From Octopus sinensis (Eukaryota): a stretch of 64,000 bases of DNA. The notes beneath the pieces are model-generated. The model did not search any database. It was not told the DNA's origin and saw nothing but the letters and a program-made list of their open reading frames with translations. The DNA lies in NCBI RefSeq assembly GCF_006345805.1, contig NC_042999.1, positions 30,070,001 through 30,134,000 of the forward strand. Reading direction: 5' to 3'. Shown in pieces: positions 13,965 through 25,773 of the stretch (position 1 is its first letter; each line of letters begins with the position of its first letter). The position numbers and the translations under genes are program-made.

Positions 13965-14339
13965 AACCTGGGAGAGACGGATATACACGAGGCGACTGTA
14001 TCAATGCCTCGGGAATATCTGTCTTAAAATTTTCAAGACCAACGCATTCGCGCCAAACTTATCGGCAGCAAATATAAACTGCCGATTCAATCTCACAATT
14101 AGTCAGAAAATTATCAATTAATCAATTTAGGGTAGCAAAAAATTCAGTAAAAATTTATCGCTACCAGCGGCCTAATGAAAAAGAGAAAATAGTTAAAGAC
14201 TAAATATGTATAAATATAACAATTTAGGAATGGCCTAAAACAGGCCATTCGTCCACCAGAAAGAGCAGCCATAACTCCAACCGCCAAGTAGTGTAATTCG
14301 GAAATAAGGTGAAAATTTAAAAACATTTACTCTAATTCA

Positions 14340-14440
14340 TCTTTTATACGATGCATCGTTTCAGTGTCTTTAATGATAGACCAGCTTAATTAAATTAAAT
14401 TAAGCTAGTCTACCATAGGTCACACTTCATCAGTAAAAGA
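14340..14440 (-). ncRNA. type I hammerhead ribozyme, copy 2
   Basis: Exact reverse complement of 14877-14977. Confidence 0.88.
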
Positions 14441-14876
14441 AACCTGGGAGAGACGGATATACACGAGGCGACTGTATCAATGCCTCGGGAATATCTGTCT
14501 TAAAATTTTCAAGACAAACGCATTCGCGCCAAACTTATCGGCAGCAAATATAAACTGATATAAATTATCAATTAATCAATTTAGGGTAGCAAAAAATTCA
14601 GTAAAAATTTATCGCTACCAGCGGCCTAATGGAAAAGAGAAAATAGTTAAAGACTAAATATGTATAAATATAACAATTTAGGAATGGCCTAAAACAGGAA
14701 TGGCCAATTTAGGAATGGCCAAATTGATAATTTTCTGACTAATTCTGAGATTGAATCGGCAGTTTATATTTGCTGCCGATAAGTTTGGCGCGAATGCGTT
14801 GGTCTTGAAAATTTTAAGACAGATATTCCGGAGGCATTGATACAGTCGCCTCGTGTATATCCGTCTCTCCCAGGTT

Positions 14877-14977
14877 TCTTTTACTGATGAAGTGTGACCT
14901 ATGGTAGACTAGCTTAATTTAATTTAATTAAGCTGGTCTATCATTAAAGACACTGAAACGATGCATCGTATAAAAGA
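14877..14977 (+). ncRNA. type I hammerhead ribozyme, copy 3
   Basis: tctttta (stem I) - CTGATGA - agtgt...acact (stem II) - GAAA - cgatgcatcg (palindromic stem III) - TA - taaaaga (stem I'). Predicted cleavage after the GUA triplet at 14970. Confidence 0.9.
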
Positions 14978-15351
14978 TGAACTAGGGTAAATGTTTTTAA
15001 ATTTTCACCTTATTTCCGAATTACACTACTTGGCGGTTGGAGTTATGGCTGCTCTTTCTGGTGGACGAATGGCCTGTTTTAGGCCATTCCTAAATTGTTA
15101 TATTTATACATATTTAGTCTTTAACTATTTCTCTTTTCCATTAGGCCGCTGGTAGCGATAAATTTTTACTGAATTTTTTGCTACCCTAAATTGATTAATT
15201 GATAATTTTCTGACTAATTGTGAGATTGAATCGGCAGTTTATATTTGCTGCCGATAAGTTTGGCGCGAATGCGTTGGTCTTGAAAATTTTAAGACAGATA
15301 TTCCCGAGGCATTGATACAGTCGCCTCGTGTATATCCGTCTCTCCCAGGTT

Positions 15352-15452
15352 TCTTTTACTGATGAAGTGTGACCTATGGTAGACTAGCTTAATTTAATTT
15401 AATTAAGCTGGTCTATCATTAAAGACACTGAAACGATGCATCGTATAAAAGA
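15352..15452 (+). ncRNA. type I hammerhead ribozyme, copy 4
   Basis: Identical 101 nt. Predicted cleavage after 15445. Confidence 0.88.
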
Positions 15453-15574
15453 TGAATTAGGGTAAATGTTTTTAAATTTTCACCTTATTTCCGAATTACA
15501 TTACTTGGCGGTTGGAGTTATGGCTGCTCTTTCTGGTGGACGAATGGCCGGTTTTAGGCCATTCCTAAATTGTT

Positions 15575-15650
<76 letters not shown>

Positions 15651-16263
15651 CATACATAAACACAGGCACACACACCTATATACTCGCACAAATCATCATT
15701 TATATGTATATTTATGAAGGGAAGTTGTGTGTTATTGAATGATGTGGATGGGTACTGAGTGTAAGTTACTCGTTTCGTAGAAGATAGTTCCGCGAGTAAA
15801 TCTATATTTTCACCATCATTCACTTTAACTATATCATACTCTCACCATACGCATATCTACACACGTGCGCGGGTGCAAGTAACTAAGCATTCTATAAACA
15901 CACATATTTTTTTTATTTAATCCCAAATACAAATTGCTTGACACTTGTTTGGTGAGACCATTTTCTACGTTAAAATACACATACATCACGTTACACTGTG
16001 TTCAAATAATGTATACGTGTTTTTTGTTTTGTTTTACATGGATAGTTTCTTGTTCACATATGTGTGTGTAATGATTTACAACTGTGAAAAATAAAACAGT
16101 GTAAAACGAGTCGTGTTGCACGAAAGGGCTTAGAGATGGCTAGTTTACTTTAATACCTAACATACACACAGACATACAGATATACATAATTACAGGCATT
16201 TATATCTATATGTATGTATGTTTGTATATATGTATGAATCTCTCTCTCTCTTTATATATATAT

Positions 16264-16318
<55 letters not shown>

Positions 16319-16321
16319 TAT

Positions 16322-16377
<56 letters not shown>

Positions 16378-16472
16378 CATGCATATTTATGTATTCATCA
16401 TGCTCTACCGTTAATTCCTACATATCTTTTCTCCCTTCGTGTGTTTTCGTTCAGTCTTCTCTTTTTCTCTCC

Positions 16473-16550
16473 TTTTTTGTCCACAAGCGTAGAATCGACA
16501 CGTAAAGTCATTTCCTTTTTTCCTGAGCGTTAAACTAATACATCTGCGTG
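16473..16550 (+). repeat. degenerate copy of the repeat end seen at 36200-36290
   Basis: aagcgtagaatcgacacgtaaagtc...ctgagcgttaaactaatacatctg versus the reverse complement of 36200-36278: agagcgtcggctcgaaacgtcaaagac...ccgagcgttatactaatacatctg. Confidence 0.55.
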
Positions 16551-16621
16551 TTGTCCCTATACTACACCTGCTTTCATCTATTGTGTTCGTTAAATTTGAA
16601 ATAGCTGTGTATGTATGTAAG

Positions 16622-16675
<54 letters not shown>

Positions 16676-16699
16676 TAGGTGTATGTGCATGGGTATATG

Positions 16700-16734
<35 letters not shown>

Positions 16735-17249
16735 ATATATGTATATATATATATGTGTGTGTGTATGTATTGATAGATTGATACATAATACATACATATG
16801 TATAAGTGCATATATAATTTTATTGTTGAATTTATTGATATAATTATTGCTATTTGGTTCACGAATGCTTGATATTTGAAATTTATAATAGTGCAATATT
16901 ACTATTCTTTCTCTAAACGGTAAAGACACTCTCTTCAAGTAAAATAATTATAGAAAAAATATAAGGACTACGTACCTTGGAACACCACACTCCGAAAGAA
17001 AGAACGACTCTTCTCGCGCTTCCCGAAGACAACCCTGAGTAATCTACTTACAGTTACCACGTCAGTCGAAGAAGAACCCCTTATTTTCTGCGTGTAGAAA
17101 CTACAAACGGCGGAATAGCACAGTCTTCAAAAATAGGTGCAGGTTGTCAAGTGTTGTATGTGTAGAATTTGATTGATAGCGCTTAATCATTAGCTTCAGT
17201 GAAAACTGGAGGGGGAAAGTAACTATTTAGTATGCGAGAGTTCGATTGA

Positions 17250-18430
17250 GTAAAACCTCAAGATCAACGTGCTATAGGTGACGATTATGATAAAATCGTT
17301 TCCGCAATGTTAGAAAAGCCATTCCCATGTAATATAAGAAATGAGAGCGTTATCAGTGAAATGTGCTGATGCGATGATTGCTTGACCTTCTAAGAAATTA
17401 CAAGTCTGTGTTTGATAGACTGAGATGGTGACAATACTTCTGATTCCGGTAGAAAATATGTATCTAGTATTTTAAATGGTGTGAATGCTGCCACATAGTG
17501 CACACATCTACACGTGTTGCTGTACATAACAATTCACGTGTTGAAATGTCCTTCTACCTGCATACATTCGATTCTCGTACTTGAATGTATACTCACATAC
17601 TAAGTAGTACATCAGTTTAATTAATCTACACTCTTCAGTCTTGTAGATGATGCGGTATATTCAACCAGGATATTGTTAGGCACCCATTGCCCATTTGTAG
17701 TTGGGCTATTCATTCTATGTATGAGGAAATAGAAGACTGTCTGCTGAAACTAAGGGGAAATAAACTTTTTCAGGAATTCCGTTCCTCAAAAATGGGTTGC
17801 TCTTCTGCCTGACCTGGAGGATTTGTTATCCAAGATCATGGTAATTTCCGGAACGTCGTCATCGAAGATGGCTACAGTTGATAATATCAATCTGAGAAAA
17901 CTTTAGAGGCATGGATTTTCTGTGACATGAGACTACTGAGATTGTGCCGAGCAACAAAACCCTGCTTCAAATATTTGTTCAGTGACTGATGACTGCATAC
18001 TTATTAAGGTTTACCGAGCAGGTTTCGAAATATTGTAGATCAGTGACCAGATTTATATTCATAGAAATACACGGAGTATAACTTTTGAGAATCTCAAGTG
18101 AAAATGTTGATAAGCAGAGGAGGTAAATGACAAGGCCCGACACTCTACTATCCGCCCACTCTCTCATGTAATGTTTGTTTAAACTCGGAAAAAATGCAAC
18201 GGACGAATAGATTTACACCAAGGTTGACTTTAGAAAGTGTTGACTTACTGGAACTATGCTGTACATGCAGCAGCAGTTCAGGGAATGGCAGGTGGAAAAT
18301 TGCACATTTCGTTTGGTTGTCACGAGAATGGCATCTTTGTGCAGCCTTGGTTAACCATTGGGAGAAGCTTCCTTGTATGAGAAAATATGTATAAGTTTTT
18401 GTTTGAAAGTTTGTGGAACCTATTAGATAT
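17250..18430 (+). mobile_element. very decayed CR1/L2-type LINE RT
   Basis: MYLVF*MV*MLPH (about YLDF.KAFD.VPH), TIRPLSHV (about VRP.LEY), KMQRTNRF (about VQRRAT), LVNHWEKLP (about VV..WN.LP). Confidence 0.5.
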
Positions 18431-18799
18431 TTCAGTGACATCGTATTTCCGTAAGTCTGTACAATGCGTTCAACGTGTGTTTGCATTAACCTACTCACAT
18501 GACACCTCACGGTTGTGTCTAGAACATACACCGAAGCATCTTCAAAAACAACGAAATTAAGACACTCCGAAACCATCACAACAATAATCAATCTACTAAG
18601 TTACTCATTACAAAAACAACAGGATAACTTACAATCTGAAGCAAAAAAAATATGCGGAAAGGAAAGGTTTCATCGACGAACACATCCAAGCACTTCGCAT
18701 ATTTTGTGAACTTAACGTTATAAACGAAAATAATAGTCAGTGGAGGGACTACTTTACAAAATATAAAACTATATATCATCAGGAGCTGAGAATTTTAAA

Positions 18800-19420
18800 G
18801 ATCCATTCAAAACGCCACAATGCGGATTATTTATAAAAGGACAAGTGGATTTTAACGTACTGAGTTCGACAATTTCCAAGCAGAGTTTAGAATGTTTAGA
18901 AAAAGACGGTAAAAAGACAATATTACAACAACATTTACAGGAGCCGCTCCTGGAAGAAATGCGTACTACATGTCATTCTCAAAAGTGAGTGACCTCTCAT
19001 TTAGAGATATGTTGTCACGCAGAATAGTATATATAATTATATGCTGGCCGTGCCACCTTGAATCAATGGTCACGTGCTGTATTGCCTTATGTAACTAGTC
19101 TTAGATTTGACAGCAATTACAGAAATGAGAATTTATTGGAGCGCACTAATTCAGCCCTTTCTCCGGGGGCTGTAAGATACATTCATTAGGTGACCAGGAT
19201 ATACTGAATGGAGGAGTGTTCAGATTTTCCAGAAATGTCATATTATAGCTACAAGCCATGTTGCATCCAAGAGATATATTGGTAGCTCGATAGCACGGGA
19301 TGGGAATAGCAGTAGAGGCATTTCATTAAATCTAGGGCTGTCTATGCGCCGAAAGAGTCTACCCGGCTGAGATATGTTTAATGTCTAGAAACCTTCACAG
19401 GAACATTCTGTCATTTTATA
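18800..19420 (+). mobile_element. very decayed RTE-type RT fragment
   Basis: APGRNAYYMSF (about RPGRST.D.IF), RFDSNYR/IYWSAL (about AFDS..R..LW.AL), LGLSMRRKSLPG*DMFNV (about GLRQG..LSP.LFN). Confidence 0.4.
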
Positions 19421-19879
19421 TATAATTCGGAGATTCGGAAATGTATTTTCAAAGGATGTTTTACATTGATTGATTCGATTAAATTAATTTGTGATTGTGG
19501 ACATGGAATAAAATCTACGGATTATCCAATTGAATTTATATCGTGTTTTCACTAGATTAACACAGAGAGTAGTATAGGATGTTGTTTACATTTTAAACAC
19601 ATCACGTATTTGTGACCTGCACAGTCGACTAAGTTTAATTTACATAAAGTTGAAGCCGTGTTTTCTTCACGCGCAAAATTTCCGAAACAGGATTAGCACC
19701 TAAATAATGTAACAACTGAGAGTGGAAATAATCGGCAAAAGGTGATAGAGCTACCTGAAGGGGAACATGGGTAGGTAGCGTTTAGGAAAGAGCCAGTGGT
19801 AGAAAAAGACGAGAGTATAGTATAAGCAGGGAGCTATTATAAATAATATAATGGCAAGCGGGCAAAGTATAAGAATTGA

Positions 19880-21100
19880 TCTCGTATATTTCTTCACCTT
19901 CGAGCAAGCTGCTATCAGAGCGAGATATTGTGCGCCAAAAGAATACGGAAGGAAAGCCAATCGCGAGCATGAAAGATTTAAATATGGTGTGACAAATACC
20001 ATTCAGTTTTTGAAGTACTAGGGTGGGTGTTTGGTATAAGATCCTAAAGAGATGTATGCGGCGTTGCAAAACTACTAAGTACAGCAATTCAAATCAGTTA
20101 GATCATGATCGTTATGAGTGTATACCAACATCAGCGTCTTGAAACAGAAAATATTGATTGGTTGCACAACTTCCAATAGCGCAGTTCAGATGTTTCGCTT
20201 TATGGATTTCAAGAATATAAGCCAGACTTACTTGGTAAACGGCTGTCGCAAGAGGAAACAGAACGGACGAATTTGCAACTCCGACAGTAGGGTTCTCCAA
20301 ACGATGATGAACAATGATGAACAGCAACAAGAAGAATATCATAGATTATTTCCGACTCCATACACCTGCTAAAGCAAGGGGTTTATATTTCAACCAAAAT
20401 GTTAGCATATACGATGCCACCTCTTATCTGAGGTTTGACTTGAGTGCAATCCCTATTAGGATCATCTGCAACAATCTCTGGTTTGTGAGAAGTAACATAG
20501 AAAGAACAGAGAGCACGGAACACAAATCTGGTTGCAGGGTTGTAATATACTATGAACTTAAAGGTTTACTAAACGTGCTTTCTGAATATACACTTCCCTT
20601 TTAACTGACCTCTTGGTAGTTATCTACCCGAACTGGCAGCAGTAATCGTCTGTTCTATGAGTGAGGATGTATCGACGCTACAGAGAACGGACTCAATCGA
20701 AGGAGATCACGTTGGAAATTCTCATCCAGTAATTCTGCTAAAGATAGATTTCCAGAATTTGTTTTAGTGAAGAATTTTGCTTGCCGTTGGTAGTCTGATT
20801 TGTGATACGAAAAGATGCGCCATCCCGAACAGATCTATCCACGACAAACTTCACATCAGGCGATAAATCATTGAAAGTGCATAAGTCGATATAATGTATT
20901 TGGCTCCTTCTCTTAAAATTACTGACCTTACACCAGTGCTGGTGTAGTTTTATTGTTGATGATGCTCCTGTCACGGTATTAATCTTGATGACTTGCTTCA
21001 AGTATTGTATAATTATTTGTGTCGTATCACGCAGATTTATTACAAAGAGGTGTGAGAAGATTGTTTGCAAGTATTGTCTGCATTCAGTGGACAAAATGAA
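19880..21100 (+). mobile_element. decayed L1/Tx1-like ORF2 fragments
   Basis: EQAAIRARY, DPKEMYAALQNY, DVSLYGFQEYKPDLLG/KQNGRI, NIIDYFR, LSAIPIRIICNNLWFVRSNIER, and a second RCAIPNRSIHDKLHIRR*IIE near 20815-20880. Confidence 0.6.
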
Positions 21101-22929
21101 AAGGCAATTTTGAACTATTTGCTTTATGTCTTTAGGTTTAGCCATATTTCACTATAACTCTTTGTATTGTAGTAGCTGAAAGATTTACTTGTCACAGTTT
21201 GTAGTGAAAAGATAAAGATGAATTTACGCCCCAGTCAAAAGACATTTAAAAAAAATTTCATTCATTTAAAAAAGAAAGCTGAAAAATCAAAATAAAGCTA
21301 ATATCACACTCTCCAAAATAATGATTTTTTGTCAGATTATGTTGACAATACGGAATTAAAGATTTGCAGAGAAAACACTAACAACGCACGCACACAGACA
21401 GGCAGACAGATAAACATACACACAGACACACATACAACCAAACAAACAAACATGCACTATTGTTCCCGAGCGTAAATATTAACAGCTTCTGACGCAGTTT
21501 TCCAAACATTGCTGTTTCAGCAAAATTGCTGGACAACAATGTAATACAGACAGAGAAATTTAAAAGATAATCTATACAGCAGATTGCTACAAAAGTGCAT
21601 ATTCTTTCCAGAGGTACGGGAAAGAATTTAAGCGATGTACTCTGTTTGCTGGTTAGGAGAGAAAATATTCAGCGTGCAGCTAAATGAACGGAAACAAATT
21701 TGATCGGCAGCATGTCCAGCCTCCGGAGTAATGACATATTGATATATTCAGCATGTATTCAAATCTGAAAGTGAGCTCTAATGGTGTGTTAGCATAGTAT
21801 GTTATGTTATGCAACTGTCCAAGGCATAAACCTCCCTATGTTGGTGAATGTTTGGGCATATTGAATGCTGTTTCCATGTCTCGTTTAGAGCACACTATGG
21901 AAACATTTTGAACGAAGAGGTAAATCTATACTAGTTCTATATTGCCAGTCTCATAAAAAGGAAAACAGACGGAGGAGAGAAAGAGGGTGGGGGGATAATA
22001 ATGAATAGGAAGAACCAGTGACTGTGAAACCAAAAGTAATAGTGTACAGAAACAGAGCGAGGAATTTATCAATAACATTTTAAATGAATCTGGAAGCCGA
22101 GCTTCGCTTTGTTCACTCATAATTTCGATTAGATATGCTACACGGGGTTATTCAGGCACTCAGCTATGACTCCATTGCATCTTACCAAAGCAACATCAGT
22201 GAGCTAATAAAGAGCATGTGATAGTCATTTAATCGTTTGCCATGTCATATCTTAATACTCATTTCTTATTACACGACGTTCTGAAACTTATGAATATTGA
22301 GTTCTACACCGGGTTATTATTGTCGCAATGCCAATGCAATATCTTAATAAATACTCTACACATGTGAAAGTTTCAAGAAAGAAATAGAGACCAATAGTAT
22401 TCTGTGATAGAGGTCATTCAACTCGATTATGTTATAGAAAAACTAATGACAATGGAAGTAATCAAAGAGCATTTTGCCACAAAGCAACGGTCTTGAACAA
22501 AAAAAATAGGACATTTTGGTGCACACAATCTTAGTACGAATGGTGAATATCAATTACATCAGGCATAAGCATTATAATTATTGTTTCATTGGGCAGGCAT
22601 CGTATGGCATTATGAATATAGTTTCAAAATTATTTTTAATGATATGAATGGAAGTAAATTATTCCTTTTCCACGTTTTCAACGGTAGTTTCTTTATGGAA
22701 TGATGGCCAAATTAAAATATTACTTCTTAGGAGTTTATAAAGTATAGAATTAAAATTTTTAAAAATAATAATTTCAAAAATATTCCGATTTTCAGGTAAT
22801 AATGTTGATACATATTGAATTGAAATTATTTTGTCAAAGTTGCAGAGTTGAAATAAATCAAATCTTATATATTCGAAATTCTCTTACTCTTTATATTTTA
22901 TTATTGTAATGTTGGATGATATGTAAAGC

Positions 22930-23280
22930 TTGCAGAAATTTTAACACGACGGTCAAAATGTTTAACATCAATTCATCCGTCTTTACATTCTCAGTTCGAT
23001 TTCTGTCGAGTTTTACTTTGATTTCCCTCCTTCGGGATCAATAAAATAAGTAGCTGTCAAACAGTGGGGTCCATGTAATTGGCTACCCCGACTCACCTGA
23101 AATTTCAAGCCTTATGTCGGTATTAAAAACTGAAATTTGTTAACATGATAGGCGATGAACTGGCTCAATCATTAACACACCAGGAAAGATGCTGAGTGGT
23201 GCTTCATCCGTCTTGATATTCTGAGGTCAATTTCTGCTGCCAAGATGGGCTTTGATTTATATCCTTTAAAATTTGAAACC
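22930..23280 (+). mobile_element. two adjacent old tRNA-derived SINE copies, family C
   Basis: gcagaaattttaacacgacggtc..ctcagttcgatttc.. and ggcgatgaactggctcaatcattaacacacc.. heads. Confidence 0.5.
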
Positions 23281-23751
23281 AATATCTGTTTCCCACATTA
23301 CTTTCTATCCCTCTCTCACCCTCTGTATCTGTCTCTTAGCTTCTCTCTCTCACACACGTTTTCTCTCTCACACAAACCTTTTTCTCTCTCACACTTTCTC
23401 TCTCTCACACACAACATATCTCCCTCTCTCTCTATCTCTCGCTATCTCTTTATGTTTCTTTGTGTGTGTCTGTGCATGCATGTGCGAGCATGTCTGTATG
23501 TTGGTACACAGCGGTTAAGAAAAAACATAAAGCGGGAGAGAAATATTCATAGATTACCAGAGATGAACCTTTTAGTTGTTCGCTTTACTGCAAATAAATC
23601 GTAAAATCCTCACTTACTCTTATTAGAAAAGATGCCTAAAATCATAGTTTCAAATGTTGTCACAACGCCAGCAATTTTGTTTCGTGAAGTTAAGTCCGTT
23701 ATATAAGCTCCTGTGATCAAATCGTACTTCTTTTTTCCACTACGAAAGTAT

Positions 23752-24080
23752 AAAAGGGAAATATACCTCGGCAGAATTTGAACTCAGGAGTTACTGTGCA
23801 CGAAATGCAGCGCAGCATTTTGCTCGGTGTTTTAACGATTCTACCAACTCGCCGCCCTAAATAAATGTTAAAAAAAAACTTTCTACTAGAGGCACAAAAC
23901 ATTAAATTTTGCCGGAAAGGAATAGTCGATTATATCGAAACCAGTGTTTCACTGATATAAATTTTATAAAGCACGAAAGGATGAATAGCAAAGTAAACCA
24001 CAGCGGAATTTGAACTTTCAGGTGGTCAACATGCCGCTAAACATTACCCTCGGTGTGCTACTGATTTTACCAGCTCACCC
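23752..24080 (-). mobile_element. two old SINE family C copies
   Basis: Reverse complements ggcggcgagttggtagaatcgttaaaac..gagttcaaattctgccgagg and gggtgagctggtaaaatcagtagcac..aagttcaaattccgctg. Confidence 0.6.
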
Positions 24081-25059
24081 ACTTAAATAATTAAGTATTA
24101 GATAATGCAAGCACAGTTACATTACGTCCGAACGTTTTCCACAATATTTACAGTTGTAGTACAGTTCACAATAAGCATATTTTGAAGCAATAAGCAATGG
24201 ATTCAGAAAATATTACATATTTCATGTATGAATTTTTCAACAACGGATGTTTTATCTCTTTTGGAATTCAATAATTATTTGGCATAACACTGAACAAATC
24301 ATTATCGAATAAACTCAAAAACGAATACTTAAAACCAAGAATATTGTAAACATACGTTAATCATAGTATTTTCTTTGTGGTCAAATATTTGTACAGCATT
24401 TCCCTTTTAGGTTATAACGACGTGGTGTTCCGCATTACTCTTATCACAACTAGCATATTGTACTAAAAAAAACAATATTAGAATGGCATCTCACAAATGG
24501 CGATTCAATTACAATAATTTGGATTAAATCCACATGCATAATACATTGCTTCTCTATTAATTAACCTCGCTGCATTAGCATTAAATATGAATGTTCAACC
24601 TAAAGGTACAAAGAAAAACATTGGTTCAGAGTGAATAGATGATATCGATTATTCATCCAATTATTATAATCGTCTGCATTGTGTTCAGTACTTAATAATC
24701 ATAAAACAGTGTCGTCCAGTGTGTTATACAAAATGCATAATTTGTCCTTAAGCTAAGATATTAAACAAGGGAACAACTGCTTTGTTACAACTATGCTATT
24801 AGTTTCGTTGCCATTTCAATTTTTATCACATTCAAACCACAGTGAGACGTTCTCAGAAATTCGTCTCTATGTTATCGTACAATTGCCTCAGACCAGCAAA
24901 ATAAAAAATAAAATAAAAGTCTTCCTCAAATTACAGTCAGCCAAATTACAAAAATATGGTCATTTTGGCTTTTTTTAATTTTTGCATTAGATACGATTGT
25001 CATGGCAAAAATACGTTTGATGTGATGCATGACAGCGTTAACCAATAACAAAAGCTACA

Positions 25060-25400
25060 CATGTGCTATAAAATACCTATTAGTGTTAGAGATGTTTATG
25101 TATCATTTCATCCAACTTCGAAGTAGTTCATCAATCTCAGCCAATCGTGACTCATAGTGCATCCAACTTCGACACGTAGCCCTGGTGTTTGATTCGATCC
25201 TACTATTCATCCTTTCGATCGCTGAATATAAATACTTAGCTCGGGAGATATCACTCCGGAAGTGTTTGTGAGGCACCATCTTATCCCTGTAATTTCTTTT
25301 CGTTCCGTTGCTCTTTCCATATAAGAGGTGGCCAGTTCTTTTCTTAATTTTTGGTCTGTGACACAATAGCGTGTGTAGCGTGTGTAGTTTGCCATGTCAC
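25060..25400 (-). mobile_element. possible decayed RTE RT N-terminal fragment
   Basis: YSAIERMNS / QTPGLRVE..HDWLRLMNYFEVG resembles AI..MK..KAPG.D....WL..L.N...G. Confidence 0.35.
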
Positions 25401-25773
25401 ACACTGTCCAGTAATTACTTTCGTCACCAAGGAAGTTTGGCGGGGTCTACGTTTCAGGCCCCAACAATCCGGCCACGTGACAAGTTACAGTGGTTTACAT
25501 GTTATCAAAGTGCACAGAAGCGCAATATCTCTTAGATATAGTGGAATATTTTAAACTTCCCCTGATATACAAGTGGAAAATTCTACCTGCAGACCTGGAA
25601 AATGTGTGCTTCTTAAATATTGTGTAATATAAAATTAACAAATAGCAAAAATAGATATGTAAATCCGTGTGTGTAGTAAGCATTGCAGAGAGAGTCGTGA
25701 TCAGAGCAAGAAGCATCCACGAAGAACGCTTGGTTAGAAGAGCGAGGGAAAAATGGTCAGCAACAGCAGCGGT

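Larger units (their letters stand above)
13643..15575. mobile_element. hammerhead-ribozyme tandem and inverted array (retrozyme-like or Penelope pLTR-like), ~475-bp unit, inserted in (TA)n
   Basis: Minus-oriented units start at 13643, 14118 and 14572 (partial). Plus-oriented units run from ~14722 to 15575. Units differ by only a few substitutions and indels, and both outer ends merge into TA runs. Confidence 0.9.

Noticed and set aside
18194-18709. Possible hAT transposase (WLSR and LS..LQ-like motifs)
   Set aside because: Better explained as the CR1/L2 C-terminus (VNHWEKLP), colinear with upstream RT motifs.
19300-19400. Possible MULE motif AVEAFH
   Set aside because: Adjacent frames fit RTE RT motifs (FDS..R..LW, GL.QG..LSP.LFN) better.
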